Source: Phyllobates terribilis
Lineage: Eukaryota
Direction of reading: 5' to 3'
NCBI RefSeq assembly: GCF_046119375.1
Contig: NW_027362761.1
Location: 359,476,001 to 359,540,000 of the forward strand
Length of the DNA: 64,000 nucleotides
Shown here: positions 48,440-61,498 of the stretch, piece by piece
How the letters are laid out: each line of letters opens with the position of its first letter
Numbering within the stretch: position 1 is the first letter of the stretch
Translations under genes and position numbers: made by a program
The notes under the pieces: generated by a model
Databases searched by the model: none
What the model was told of the DNA's origin: nothing
What the model saw: only the letters and a program-made list of their open reading frames with translations

Positions 48440-50080
48440 GGTTATTGGGAATTTGGATTAGAATCAGAGAAGGGGATGAATGGAAAACAGTGTTCAAGAC
48501 CCCGAAAGGGCATTTCGAGAGTCTGGTTATGCCTTTCGGTTTGACCAACGCACCTGCCTCGGTGTTTCAGCATTTCATAAATGATATTTTTCATCATTTG
48601 GTGGGGAGGTTTGTGGTGGTCTATCTGTATATTTTGGTTTACTCACCTGATTTTCAGACACATCGGGGGCATGTTAAAACAGGTGTTCCAGATTTTAAGG
48701 GATAAACTATATGATAAACTAGAAAAATGTGTTTTAGCCGTTCAGGAGGTGCAGTTTTTGGGGTACTTGTTGTCATCTTTGGGTTTTCGGATGGATCCGG
48801 AGAAGATCTATGCAGTCCTTGATTGGGACCATCCTGAGAACCTGAAGGCTCTTCCATGTTTTCTGGGCTTTACTAATTTTTAACGAAAATTCATCCAAAA
48901 TTATTCGGTAATCACGAAACCCCCTGCTAACATGACCAGGAAGGGATCCGATTTTTCCAAATGGTCGAAGGCCTTCCTCCAGGCTTTTTCTTTCTTAAAA
49001 AATTGTTTTGCCACGGCACCTATACTCAGTCAACCAGATGTTTCCCAGCCCTTTATTGTGGAATTTGATGCGTTGGATGTCGGGGTTGGGGCTGTGTTGT
49101 CTCAGGGTCAGTCACCTGGTAAATGGCGTCCATGCACTTTCTTTTCTAAAAAATTGTCTTCTGCTGAGAGAAATTATGATGTGGGTAATAGGGAAGTTTT
49201 GGCGATCAAATTGGAGTTCGGAGAATGGCAACATAGGTTGGAGGGGGCTGTCCATCCTATTACTGTTATTACTGACCATAAGAACCTGTCATATCTTCAA
49301 TCAGCTAAACGTCTCAACCCTAGGCAAGCCAGATGGTCCCTGTTTTTTTACCAAGTTCAATTTTGTTGTCACTTTTTGTCCAGGGTTCAAAAATGTCAAG
49401 GCTGATGCTTTGTCCCGGAACTTCCCTGGTGGCGGTGACCATGAGAACCCTGCCCCGATATTACAGAAAGGGGTAGTCATTTCTGCATTGCTTCCTGAGC
49501 TGGAGGGTGAGGTGTTGGAGGTCCAGGGGGAAGCCCTTGCCTCCTGCCTTTCAGAAAGCTTATTTGTACCATCCAATCTGCGCCGCAAAGTAATTAAGGA
49601 ACATCACAACTCTGTGCTTGCTGGTCATCCAGGTGGTAAAGCAACCGTGGACCTCCACTCTCGTCGTTTTTGGTGGCCAGGATTGCATACCCATCGGTCT
49701 GGTACTCTTCTTCCGCTACCTATCCCTAGCAGACCATGGACACACTTTTCCATAGATTTTATTACTGACCTACCGGTTTCTGCAGGCAAAACAGTGATTT
49801 TGGTGGTTGTAGATAGGTTCAGTAAAATGATTCACTTTGTCGCATTGCCTGCACTTCCAGATGCCAAGACACTTGCTCAGGTGTTCATAAATGAGATTGT
49901 GAAGCTTCACGCGGTTCCCTCTGATGTGGTGTTAGATTGGGGGACCCAGCTTGTCTCCAAATTCTCGAGGGCATTCTGTTCTCGACTGGGGGTGCAGCTG
50001 TCCTTTCCCTCTGCCTTTCACCCTCAGTCGAATGGACAGACCGAATGAGTCAATCAGAATTTGGAGACCTACCTCAAGTA
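48440..50080 (+). pseudogene. Gypsy (sushi/Tf2-like) pol fragment: RT-RNase H-integrase, frameshifted
   Basis: [88 protein letters not shown] and FHPQSNGQTE. No flanking LTR seen. Confidence 0.93.
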
Positions 50081-50089
50081 TACAGTGTT

Positions 50090-51120
50090 TTTCATTTTTA
50101 AATAAATGATTAAAATCGTGTGGAATTTTATTTCAAATAAAGGATTTTTTTCAGCCCGTGTGTTTATTTAAAAACCTTTACTATGGGGTTAGTAATGGGG
50201 GCGTCTTATAGACGCCTCTCCGCTAATAACCTAGGCTTCAAGTCAGCTGCCAATACACGACTGACATGAACCCCAACCCTATTACCAGACTTTCCACCGC
50301 ACCAGGGCAAGTGGAAAGAGCGAGGCTAAGCGTCAGATTTGGCGCATCTTATGGATGCGCCTTTTCTGGGGCCACTGAGGACTGATATTATTAACCTCAG
50401 AGGGGGCCATTATCCATGATCCCCTTCCCTGGCTATTAATATCAGCTCACAGCTGTCTGTTTAGCCTTTGCTGGTTAGATTTTATTGGGAGAACCTTAGT
50501 CAATTTTTTTTTTTGGGTCTCCCTGTAATCCAGCCAGTAAATGCTAAGCAAACAGCTGTGGGCTGTTATTAATAGCCAGAAAACATTTTTGGCTAATGGC
50601 CCCTTCCCTGGCTAATAATATCAGCCCCCAGAGGTCAGCTTTCCCTCTGCTGGTTATGAAAATGACGCGAGAGCCCACGCCATTTTTTTTTTATTTATTT
50701 TTATTTATAAGAAATCGCATGCCCATTGTGCTTGCTTTTAACGCTGCGTAAACCCACCTGCAGCATGTCAATTTCTGTAGCGGAGACTGCAGATTTTGAC
50801 AGATTGAAATGTCATTACATGCGGTGGTTCTGCATGTACTGACGAAAAACAAGTGCGGCATTAGAAAATATGCTGCATCCAAAGCACTGCTGGTTGCTCA
50901 TCGTGGAGATCAGCTGAGAGCTGTTATTAATAGCCAGGGAACTTGTTGGTCTAATGGCCACTTAAAATAGCAACCCTCAGCTGCCCCAGAAATAACACTT
51001 TATATTTGAATGACATTAGGAGTAATGGGATTAGGTGTCGCTGACGTCTAGCCCTAGGTTTAGTAATGAGGGTGTCTGGTTGACACCTTCATTACTAAAC
51101 CTGTAAGTAAAAATTTAAAT

Positions 51121-51155
<35 letters not shown>

Positions 51156-51440
51156 GAAAATAAAAACACTGTATTTGAAATACAACAGGCACATTCTTTA
51201 ATCATTTCAATTAATCAATATATTCACCCCAGATCCGACAGTAATCCAAGGGTTAAAGCGATGTCCCACGTTACTTTTTTTCAAATATTTAGCTCCAAAA
51301 AAGCATTCATTGCTTTACAAAACCACATCAAAATCGCGGTAAAATGCACGTTTCTTCCACAGCATTTTTGCAGCCAAGAGATGCAGAAACCTTGCAGAAA
51401 TTTCTGCAACCAAATACTTAACATGCACACGTAGCCTTCG
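50090..51440. repeat. Non-autonomous DNA-transposon modules plus (CA)n at about 51122-51153
   Basis: Modules shared with 11500-13110. Confidence 0.6.
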
Positions 51441-52573
51441 TGTTTTTATTTTAACAGAGGGGAAGGAACATTCAAAGTGAGAAGGGGCTGTCCTAGTAGT
51501 GGACAACCCCTTTAAGAACAAAGTGCATTCACTGATACATCAGCAAATAAATGATAGAAACACTGAGCTGTTCTGTAGAGCCTTCTTTGTTCATAATCTG
51601 AATTTATAGTTGGACTTGCTCTCCCTCCTTTTCATATACATATTTTGGACTGTAGTAAAATTGTAATCTTTACCAGCTATGAGTTAGAGTAAATTTGCAC
51701 GAAAAAAAAAAAACGTCATTTTTCAGCCTATTATACGTGTTGAAAACATGAATACCATGTCCCCTCCAAAATGGCTATGACCTGTCTCTAATTTTGCTAA
51801 AGGCAACAAACACATTTTTATGTAATTTTGGCCCCTACACTGATTTTTTTTTTCATATTGGTCAAAAATTTAACCCAAATGAATTGGCAAATGCTCTCTT
51901 TAGTCTTTAATGAATTTGGAATGTAAAACTTTATTTTGGAGAGAAGAGGTGAGAAAAGTTTATTTTGTTATTTTATCATATCTGCTGTTTTCTCTTTTCA
52001 TATTTTTTTCTAAGACTAGATAATCTAGCTTCCACCAACCAAGAGATTATTGTGACAGAATATTCTTCCAGGAATGGAAAAAAAACAAAACAAAAAAAAA
52101 CAAACAAACACACACAATACCTTAAGTAAATTTCTGCCCCCAGGTCATCACTAAGTTCTGAATCCTGAAGTTATGCAGCCCAGAATATATGCTAGTCTTA
52201 AAGGAGTCCAGAAGAATTAACAAAACTGTGTTCACTATTAATAAAATTCAGAAGTTCTTGTCCTGGAGATGAGGTAGTCTCTCATTGGAGCTGTCATGGG
52301 TCCCTGACTACCAAAGACGTTCAAAACTGTTATGTCAGATGCAAAGCTTCAGACTCCGGAGAAAGGAGTTCTCTGTCTTTACTTGCTCCTAGTAAATTTT
52401 AAACTTTACTTTGCCTCGCCCTGTTTTACCTTTTCACCTTACCTTATCTGATGTTCTTGTCAGTTTTAAGTCTCCGACTTTAACCATTTATTTGGTAGGG
52501 AGAATAGTCAAAAATTATCAATAAATATTCATGTAAAACATCTTCTAACCAAGCTTTGAAATAGAAATTTTAA

Positions 52574-53306
52574 AGGGATTGTTTGAAACATAAAATGCCC
52601 TTTGTAAATATCCATTTTTAAGTTCTGACCACTATTGTAATTTGCTTTATTTTAGAATTCCCTACTATTCTCCCTATCCTAATACCTGAATCTTTTCTTT
52701 TAAATTTTACTTACGATGACCTAGGTGACGTCCCAAATCAATCGTGGTGGAGATAGGAACAAGTGATGACAGCTTCTTTGATCACCACCACACTTAGTCT
52801 GTCCCCGCCACCCTGCGTTTTCAGCCCGACTGCCACACTTCTTTCGTCCACACCACCTCGTTCACTGAAACGAGACGTCATCTGGGGAAATTGATAACAG
52901 CAAGGTGAGTTACATCAGTACCGCCCCCTGATAAAATATTTCAGGGTGATAAAAGCTGTGGGGCAGCGCTGCTATCACTCACACTGCTGCTATTGCAGCC
53001 CCCTGATGACAACTTGTTTACATGAACATTGTGGTGAAGACAGAAGAAGTGTGGAAGTAGGGGCTGAAGATGATTGACTATGGGGACAGAAAAATTGTGG
53101 AGGCAGTGAACAAAGCTGCGGTCATTTTTTCCCTGCTTCCATCAGCACGACTGATTCAGGTTGATGAAAGAAGATGTGGTAAGTGACCACAGGGCCATTC
53201 TCCAGTGACGAGTAGTTGAGAATTTTAAAATAACGCACATTACAAAAGTAGTTATGGTATAAAAATAGTATTTTATATAGGGCATTATATCTATCGGACA
53301 ACACCT
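52574..53306. mobile_element. T2/Kolobok-type non-autonomous element
   Basis: TTAA-AGGGATTGTTTGA ... TCGGACAACACCT-TTAA with partially inverted arms. Confidence 0.55.
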
Positions 53307-54067
53307 TTAAAAGGAAGACCATGTAAACATAACTGTCACGGAGATATTAAGAAAATATTAACCATTTCTCCCAAACCCCTCTTCACCCCTCCCTTATCCA
53401 CCTTTTGTCACAAGAGAAGAGCTGACAATATAAAGAGCTATCTCTCTGCAAATCATCACCTACAGCAGAAGTGACTTGTAAAGCTATAACCTAATTGAAA
53501 TGCGAGGGTCTTTCTCCCTGGCAGGTACAGGGGATAACTAAACACAGGCTTGCGATAAATCGCCACCTAGCTGAGAAACTTCATCCCCAAGACGTCAAAG
53601 GGAAATTAATAGAGATCCCCAGAACGCCCTGCACAGATACGAAATATGGCATAGCTCAAGTTCCATAATTCTGATAATGGGACCCATATTTTTAGTGACA
53701 GGATCAGCTAAGGAACAATATGGATATTTTCCTGTCACTAAGCCCCTCTGGGGGGCTGTGGCGCAAGAGTAACAAAAGAACAGATCACAGCTTTGCCATG
53801 TGTAGTCTCTACGGAAAGGTAAAATCATAATAGAAAATAGAATTAGACTTACCGGTAATTCGGTTTCTAATAACCCACCACGACAGCACACAGGAGGATG
53901 TAACCCCACCCTAATAGGGACAGGAAATATGAAGCGGTTTAAATAGCCCCTCCCACATCCTCCCACCAGTGTTATTACAAAAAGGACCACAAGAGTATAG
54001 ATGCTTCAAATTAAATTTTTATTTCTACTGATCCAACTGTCGTAGAAGCAATAAGCGAGGGGGGGGG

Positions 54068-54160
54068 GGGATTACCCGTGCTGTCGTGGTGGGTTATTAG
54101 AAACTGAATTACCGGTAAGTCTAATTTTATTTTCTCTAATAACCCCCCACAACAGCACAC
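54068..54160. other. DIRS internal complementary region (ICR)
   Basis: GTGCTGTCGTGGTGGGTTATTAGAAAC...GGTAAGTCTAATTTTA-TTT-TCTCTAATAACCC joins copies of the two element ends. Confidence 0.88.
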
Positions 54161-54181
54161 AGGAGGTATACCAAAGATATA

Positions 54182-55400
54182 CTAGGGAGGGACAACAGCC
54201 TGAAGGACCTTCCTTCCGAAGGCTAAATCTCCAACAGACATTAGATCTAGTCTGTGATGAAAGGGTAGTTATTCGGCAACTCGTGAAATTAACTTAAAAA
54301 TAGCCTTTCTGTTGAAAAAAAATTAAAAAACATGAGACCATAGTGCAAATAAAAGCGTACAGAGGCTTACGCGTTTCGGATACGTAGATCCTTACTCATA
54401 GCATAGATTAGATCTAGTCTGTAGTGTTTGGAGAAAGTATGAATCGAGGACCACGGAGCAGCTCTGCAAATCTGTTAGATGGATGCGCTGGCTTTTTCAG
54501 CCCAGGAGACAGATATCGCCCTTGTAGAATGGGCCTCGAGCTTGGCCGGAGGAGGCAGACCTAGGATCTGGTAAGCCTCCGTAATTGCCCTCTTAATCCA
54601 GTTGGCTATTGTGGATTTTGCTGCTTTCTTTTCGTTTGTAACCTCTTTCCTTCCTTCTTCGGTTTCCTGAAGATAGTGCAGTACTATTCTCCGAACATCC
54701 AGAGTGTGGCATTCCATTTCTTTGCCTTTTGGGTTGTCACAAAATGATGGAAGAATTATCTCCTGAGATCTGTGGAAACTGGAGACCACCTTAGGTAGAA
54801 ATGAAGGGTCAAGTCGGAAAATTAGACGATTTTCCAGGATTCTCAGGTAGGGTTCGTTGACCGAAAGGGCCTGTAGTTCACACACTCTTCTGGCTGTAGT
54901 TATTGCAACCAGGAAAGCCGTTTTCCAGGTCAGCCTGTCCAGTCTTATGGCTGATAAGGGATCAAAGAGTGGAAAAGTTAACCCCTTCAGAACAATGTTA
55001 AGGTCCCAGGGGGGAATCAAGTCTGTTACTCTAGGGTGGATGCGGGTGGCTGCTGTCAAATCTCTTCACCCACTGATGTTCAGCTAACTTTGATCAAAGT
55101 ATGAGCTTAACGCTGCTACCTGGTCCTTAAGAGTACTAGGTTTGAGACCTTTGTCCAGACCTTCTGATAGAAAATCTAGAATATGTGCCATCTGTGGGTG
55201 AGTGGGTTCACACCACTTTAAGAAGGTCTTCCAGATCTTATGGTAAATGGTGTTCGTTACAGGTTTTCTGCTCTTCTGGAGAGTTTTGATGACTTTCTCT
55301 GATAGGCCTTTTGTTTTTAATATCAGGAATTCAGAAGCCAGGGAGCTAGGTGTAGTCTCTCGGGATCCGGATGGTGAATTGGTCCCTGGAGAAGGGGATC
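54182..55400 (-). pseudogene. DIRS tyrosine recombinase
   Basis: PPWDLNIVL, AITTARRVCELQAL (catalytic R), AHSTRAIS (HxxR), HTFSKHYRLD (catalytic Y) and FGRKVLQAVVPP*; frameshifted and interrupted at 54256-54406. Confidence 0.93.
54256..54406 (-). mobile_element. 151-bp insertion with a 16-bp TSD and a hammerhead-like motif
   Basis: ATTAGATCTAGTCTGT at 54240-54255 and 54407-54422; removing the insert and one repeat restores the YR frame. Confidence 0.8.
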
Positions 55401-58400
55401 TCTGATGGGAGGAAGGATTAGAGGGCTCTCCACACTGGTTAACCAGGGCTGTGGAGTCGGTAAGCCACAGTTGCGACTCCGACTCCTGGATTTTATCAGG
55501 TTCCGACTCAGACTCCTTCATAAATGGCCAATTCGTAACAATAAATTTACTGTTGTAAAATATTAACATTGTGCTTATTCAGTTTCTCACCATCATATAA
55601 GTAATCAGACCACTTAGAGCAAAAACTATATTTATTAGAATACAATTAGAATATAGCAAATAACTTTTATAAACTTTTCTAAACTCTTGTAAGTAAATAT
55701 GCAATAAACACTGTTATGCAGTTCATAAGAAGAAATCTATAAATTTGTCCTCAGAAAAAGTATTGCCTGTGTCAGATCCTCCTTCATGGATGCCCTCAAA
55801 TCTGATCTAATTATTTTGAGAGCAGAGAACAACCTCTCTACACTAACTTGGTTTGGTGGCAAAGCAGTAACCACTTGGGCAACATCTCTGACAATGTCAG
55901 GATACAGAGGAATCGCTTGTTGCACGGTTATTTTTGATGAACGGTCAAATTTCTCAATTTCTTTTAGTGCACATGAAAAATTCTGCTGAAATGTACTGGC
56001 TGTGTTCTTTGATGGGGATGACTCTTCTTCTATGCGGGAACGCTTTGCGCGGTCCTTGTGATCCAAATATTTTTTGAAATTAAATTCTTCATCAGTTGAT
56101 GATGAGGGTGAAGATGTGGCAGGACGACCAAATTCTTCTTGTTCCTCCTGACTGTTCTGCAACCCTTTCATCCTTACTGCTATTTCAAACAGAGCTTCTT
56201 TTCCTTTAGTTAGCTGTTGATCATCTAGAAGAATCCGATGCATTGGGTCTACATAAACAGCTGCCAAAAGAATGTTATTTTGTAATAGTAGCTCCTCTCT
56301 CCGTTTCATTGATGTAGCAATGCCACTTGCAATTAACCCTCCTCTTTGGGACCGGCGAAACATCAGGTTCTTCCACTCCTTTAAGAAAATACCTGGAGTT
56401 AAGTCCTCTGCTTGTAATTTTTTAGTCACTGTAAATGGGTGCTCTAGCAATTTTTCCAGCTCAGTCACCTGATTCCACTGACTTTCATTTAGCGTCAGTT
56501 GAGGGTTAGCCATGTCTACAAGAAAGGTTTTCAGTTCAACCAAGCGCTGAATCATTAAGTACTGCCCCATCGTGTGGCTTGATCAATAATTACCCCTTTT
56601 CCAGCACGTCTCTTCAAAATTGAGTCAACTTTAGGGGTTCTGGCAACAGTAGCCAATTTTCTCACCTTGCTAATCAGTGCAGCAGCATGTCCTTCTTGCA
56701 GACTGTCTCTTATAGCCAGCTGTAACGTATGCACAACACAGCGCATGTGATGAATGAAAGAACGTATTGACACAATTTCAACAAGATCATCTAAACTATC
56801 ATGTTGCTGTTCATCTGAAGCAACTTCAGTTTGCTCCTCAGTTACAATACTGTGTTCCTCTATTTCAAACATTTCTGTGTCTGTGGACCCAGAATGTTCT
56901 TCTAGCTGCTGGTCACCATCATTACTCTCATTCATTAGCTTAATAGTACTTATCATATTTGAAGCATTGTCAGTTACGACAGAAAGAACTTGCTCTTTTT
57001 GAAGTTCATAGTCTTGCAGAACCTTTTCCACCAAGACCTGGAGAAACTCACTGGTGTGATGAGCTTTGGTGTCTTTTACTGCCAATGTCTTGGTAACTAT
57101 TTCATGTTTGTCACAAACAAATCGGACATTGATGGCAAAATAGTTCACTCTAACGTGTGCAGGCATCCATTTTAAGAAACAGAAAGCGTCCCTTGAGAGT
57201 TTTTTTTAAGTTCTTCCTTTTGTTTAAAAGCTTCTTCGATTACTAATTTTCTAATACTCTCTCTCTCCAGAGAAACACCAAGCTTGCGGGCCATTTCCCC
57301 ATTCAGACACATAAAAGCTGGTCGTGAAAATAATGAAATAGGCACACTATCCTTTACAACAAGCTCTATGATCTGTTTTTTAAATGTATCTACTGTCATT
57401 GTCACAGTAACTTTGTCACTGACAAAATATCTTGCAACTGATGGCTACAAAGTTCTCTGCTCCTTTGTTTGGCTGGAAGAGCTGGGCACTGGTTTATTGG
57501 TTTGGATGCAGTCTTTCTCATCCACTGCTTTCAGTACTTCTGGATGAAAGCGCTGTAAATGTCTCTTTAGATTAGAAGCTCTGGTAGGAGCATTTTTATC
57601 TTTGCCTGAATATGCACTGATCTTGGCTTCACAGCATTTGTTTTCGTCTGGATCATTTGTCATACACTGACAGACATAATGTTTTCTATCTTGAGTGATG
57701 GTGAAATGTTCAAAATACAGCGGATTTAATGTGACGCTTCTTTGACATTCTCAGGTTTTTAATTCTGCATTTACAATCCAAATAACAATGGTTTTTCCTA
57801 AAAACAATTGTACAAAATTATTGCCAGGTCATACAACTGATATAGTGGTCAGTAATACTGTTATTCCTCATGTACTCACAGTTAACTGATGCAGAGTTTG
57901 TTGAAAGGATAATACTTCTTACAGTTTTCCTCTTCTGAGTAGCAGCTGTGAGATGCTTGGAAGACGCACACCTAGTAAACATCTAGTCTAGAGGAGGAGC
58001 TTTACTACTAAGAATTTGCAACACATTTTCACTTTCAGTTTCATACATTGTAAGTAGGGGGGTTGGGGCAGCTTGAGGTTAACCAAGTATAAGATTAGAT
58101 AAGGGCAGTGGAGAACAGTGACACACAAGAAGTAAGAAATGTCTGTCTCCAGCAGAACTGCTTATAACTGTTGTTCATAGTTTGATAGAGCATATATATA
58201 TTTGAGTAACATTTATAAAATTCATATGAAAGTTCAATTATGAAATATTAATACATTTTTTTTTAAAGCTGGAGTCGGAGTCGGTACATTTCTACCGACT
58301 CCGACTCCAACCAAAACTAACTCCGACTCCACGACTCCGACTCCACAGCCCTGTGGTTAACGTCCCGAACCAACTTCTTTTTGGCCAGAGAGGAGCCACT

Positions 58401-60120
58401 AGGATTACTCTGGTCCCTTCGGTCCTTATCTTTTGTAAGGTTTTTGAAAGGATAGGCAGTGGGGGAAAGGCATACGTTAGTTTGAATTCCCATTGGTGAG
58501 CGAATGCGTCCACGCCCATGCAAGGGCCGTTTGGATCCAAGGAGAAATTGAGGTACCTTCGCGTTCTGGTGTCCAGCGAAGAGATCTACCTCTGGATAGT
58601 CCCATCTCTTGACTAACATCTGGAAGATGTCTGGGTTTAGGCTCCACTCTCCTGGATGAATATTTGTTCTGCTTAAGAAATCGGCCTGGACGTTGACTGA
58701 ACCTTTGATATGAAGAGCCGACAGGGATGGAAGATATTCTTTGGCCCAGGAAAATATTCTCGCAGAGACTGCTTTTAAGCTTTCGTGTCTTGTGCCCCCT
58801 TGATGACGAAGGTGGGCTACTGTGGTTATATTGTCTGAAAATATCTGTATGTGGGTTTTCTGGACCAGAGGCTCTGCTGCTCTGAGGACTTCTTCTATGG
58901 CTTTTAATTCTCTGAAATTTGATGAGTGCTGGCTCACCTCTTTGGTCCATATACCCTGAAATAGCTCTTGGGAGACCATGGCTCCCCATCCCTTCGCGCT
59001 GGCATCCACTCTTATGGTTACTAGCGGATTCTGGATCCATGGTACTCTTCTGTTCAGATTCTTCACGCTCAGCCACCAGAATAGAGAGGTCTTTACCCGT
59101 GGTGGTATAGGAATTCTCCTGTTCAGAGACTGTGGAGATCCATCCCAATTCGTAAGGATGTGGGTCTGTAATGTTCGGGTATGTGCCTGAGCCCATGCCA
59201 CCACCTGGATACAGGATGTCATAGACCCGAGGACCGACATGGCATCTCTCAATGACACTGATCTCCTGCTTCTTAAGACATTGATTTTTGCTTTTAGCAT
59301 GACCTGTTTTTGTTTGGGCAGAAATGACATCTGGCTGTGGGAATCCAATAGTACTCCTAGAAACGTTTTTGTCATGGAGGGAACCATATCCGATTTTTTG
59401 TGGTTCACTAACCAGCCCAGAGAAGCTAGGATCTGAGTGGTCAACTGTATATGTTCTTGGAGTAATGGTACCGAGGGCCTGATTAATTAACAGGTCGTCG
59501 AGGTATGGTACTATTGAAATATTCTGACCCCTGATATAAGCCATGACCTTTGTAAATATTCACAGGGCTGATGATATCCCGAATGGGAGAACATTGAACT
59601 GGTAGTGGACTATTTGTTCCCCCTGAGCCACTGCGAATCTTAAGAACTTCCTGTAAAGTGGATGAATGGGGATGTGGTAATATGCATCCTGGAGATCGAT
59701 TGTTGCCATGACATGGTCCTGTCCTATCAGGGGGACCGTCGATCTGATGGATTCCATCTTGAATCGCTGGTAGTGGATATACGGATTCAGTGGCCTTAGA
59801 TTGATTATAATTCAGTGCGAGTAATTTGGTTTTTTTATTAGGAAGAGTCTGGAATAATGTCCTCTGCCTGTCTCCCTTGTAGGAACCAGGGATATCACCC
59901 CTGAAGACAATAGGTCTGTTAGACCGGATATCAGGGTGGCTTGCCGACTTTGAGAAGAGAGCTGCATTAACTTTACTCTCTGTGGAGGATAGGAGGAGAA
60001 ATTTATTTTTACTCCAAACTCGACTACCCTCAGGACCCATGGGTCTGAGCAGATTTCTTTCTACTGAGGGAGAAAATTTGAGATGCGGCCCCCGACTGTC
60101 CTGACGTCATGGTTTGTTCT
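55323..60120 (-). pseudogene. DIRS pol (RT, RNase H, methyltransferase-like), frameshifted and split by the hAT
   Basis: ATIDLQDAYYHIPIH, QFNVLPFG, PYLDDLLI, VDASAKGWG, NFRELKAI, SDNITTV, NVQADFLSR, VDLFA and YAFPP..LSKTLQKIR; the frame rejoins across the hAT TSD (WFGTL|TSVESPLIL...QGPIHHP). Confidence 0.92.
55444..58353 (-). mobile_element. hAT transposon (2910 bp) with a disrupted transposase (about 57748-55737)
   Basis: TIR CAGGGCTGTGGAGTCGG / CCGACTCCACAGCCCTG; perfect 8-bp TSD TGGTTAAC; BED-finger (SNLKRHLQRFH), VVTDNASNM, CVVHTLQL, TRWGST and SVERLFS motifs with stops and frameshifts. Confidence 0.96.
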
Positions 60121-60129
60121 GATGTTGAT

Positions 60130-61498
60130 TTTGGGAGAGAAAAAGATTCTTGCCTCCTCTTCCTTTTGGGTAGCTCCATCATCCTGTTTTCCCTTTACCC
60201 CTATATTGAGGGGTCTGCTCCTGGGAGTGATGAAATAGGCCTTATCCTTACATTTCTAGGTTCCGGGAGGGCCTTCTTCTTGTCCGAGGCTCTCTCGAGA
60301 AGATCATCATCTAGGGCTGGCCCGAACATGTATTTCCCTTTAAAGGGGATGGAACACAATTTCATTTTGTATGCCACATCACCGCTCCATAGGGCCCATC
60401 TTACGGAGTTTGATAACCCAGATGCTCTTGCCGCCACTCTCCCCGATTCTGCAGAAGCATCTGCTAAAAATCAGGAAGCTTTCTGTAGAAGCGGTAGGGA
60501 TGTTAAGATGTCTTCTCTGGGGGTGCCCAAGACTAGGTGTTCCTCCAGTTGATCTAGCTATGCCCACAAAGACTGCGTTGGTGTTTAATAGTGCTGCCGA
60601 TGTCTCCCAGTACTTTCTGAGTAGTCCCTCCATTTTGCGTTCCAAGGGGTCTTTTAATTGAGAGGAATCTTCAAAGGGCAATGTGGTTTTCTTTGCCCCT
60701 CGTGCAATCTGGATATCCACTCTTGGAACTTCAGACTAGCATTCTGCAGTCTCATTGTCTACAGGAAATCTATCCTTTAACTCCGTAGGGGTATTCAACC
60801 TCTTTTCCGGAGATTCCCATTCCTCTAGGACTAAGTCTCTAATACTCTGGTGTATAGGGAACACAAATTTCTTCCTGGAATGCAGCCCCCCAAACATCTT
60901 ATCCTGTACTGTCTGGGGAACCTTTTCTTCCTCGACCTCCATAGTTCTCCTTACTGCCATGAGGAGTTCCTCCATATATCTGATGGAAAGTAATATCTTT
61001 CTCGCTGGGAGTTATCAGGAGTTGGACTCAGTTCACCTTCCTCTGGAAGATCTTCCGAGATATATATCTCATCTTGAGAGTCTTCCTCCCCTCCCTCTGG
61101 CGGGCTGATCTTCCTTTTTTTTGGCTGCTGAGGGAGTAGATGTAGTATCCTGAGTAAGTGAGGGCGTGGGGACAGCGACTGAGACTAAGGAGGATTTGAT
61201 CTCTTGACGTACAATCCCCTTTATCTCTTCCATTAAGGAAGGTTGTTGATGCCTGATAATTTTCTCCGTACAGTCCTTGCATAGGGGTTTTCTATGGGAG
61301 GATAGCTTTTTTGTACAAATGGGACATTTGCGTGACGGTTTAGCTTAGTCTCCAGATGCAGGTTCCTTGTCCCCCTACAAGAGAGGGGAGAAGGAAAAGG
61401 GAGCTATAATCACTATTACCTGCATCTGAGAGATGGACTACCAGTGCCATACTTACTGGGACCGGACCGGCGCTGGGAGAAGATGCTTCAACAGACAT
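60130..61498 (-). pseudogene. DIRS ORF1 (gag-like), with a predicted 82-nt intron at 61375-61456
   Basis: ATG 61498; CPIC...LCKDC zinc-finger-like motif; FPIHQSIRDLVLEEWESPEK and LPFEDSSQLKDPLERKME remnants; stops and frameshifts. Confidence 0.8.

Noticed and set aside
52115-52330. Possible minus-strand exon ending AAG|GTATTG
   Set aside because: Weak donor, no clear acceptor or coding frame; insufficient support.
58477-59544. 355-aa ORF as an independent gene
   Set aside because: Only its first ~20 aa (PYLDDLLI) are DIRS RT; the rest is an out-of-frame overlap of the frameshifted pol.
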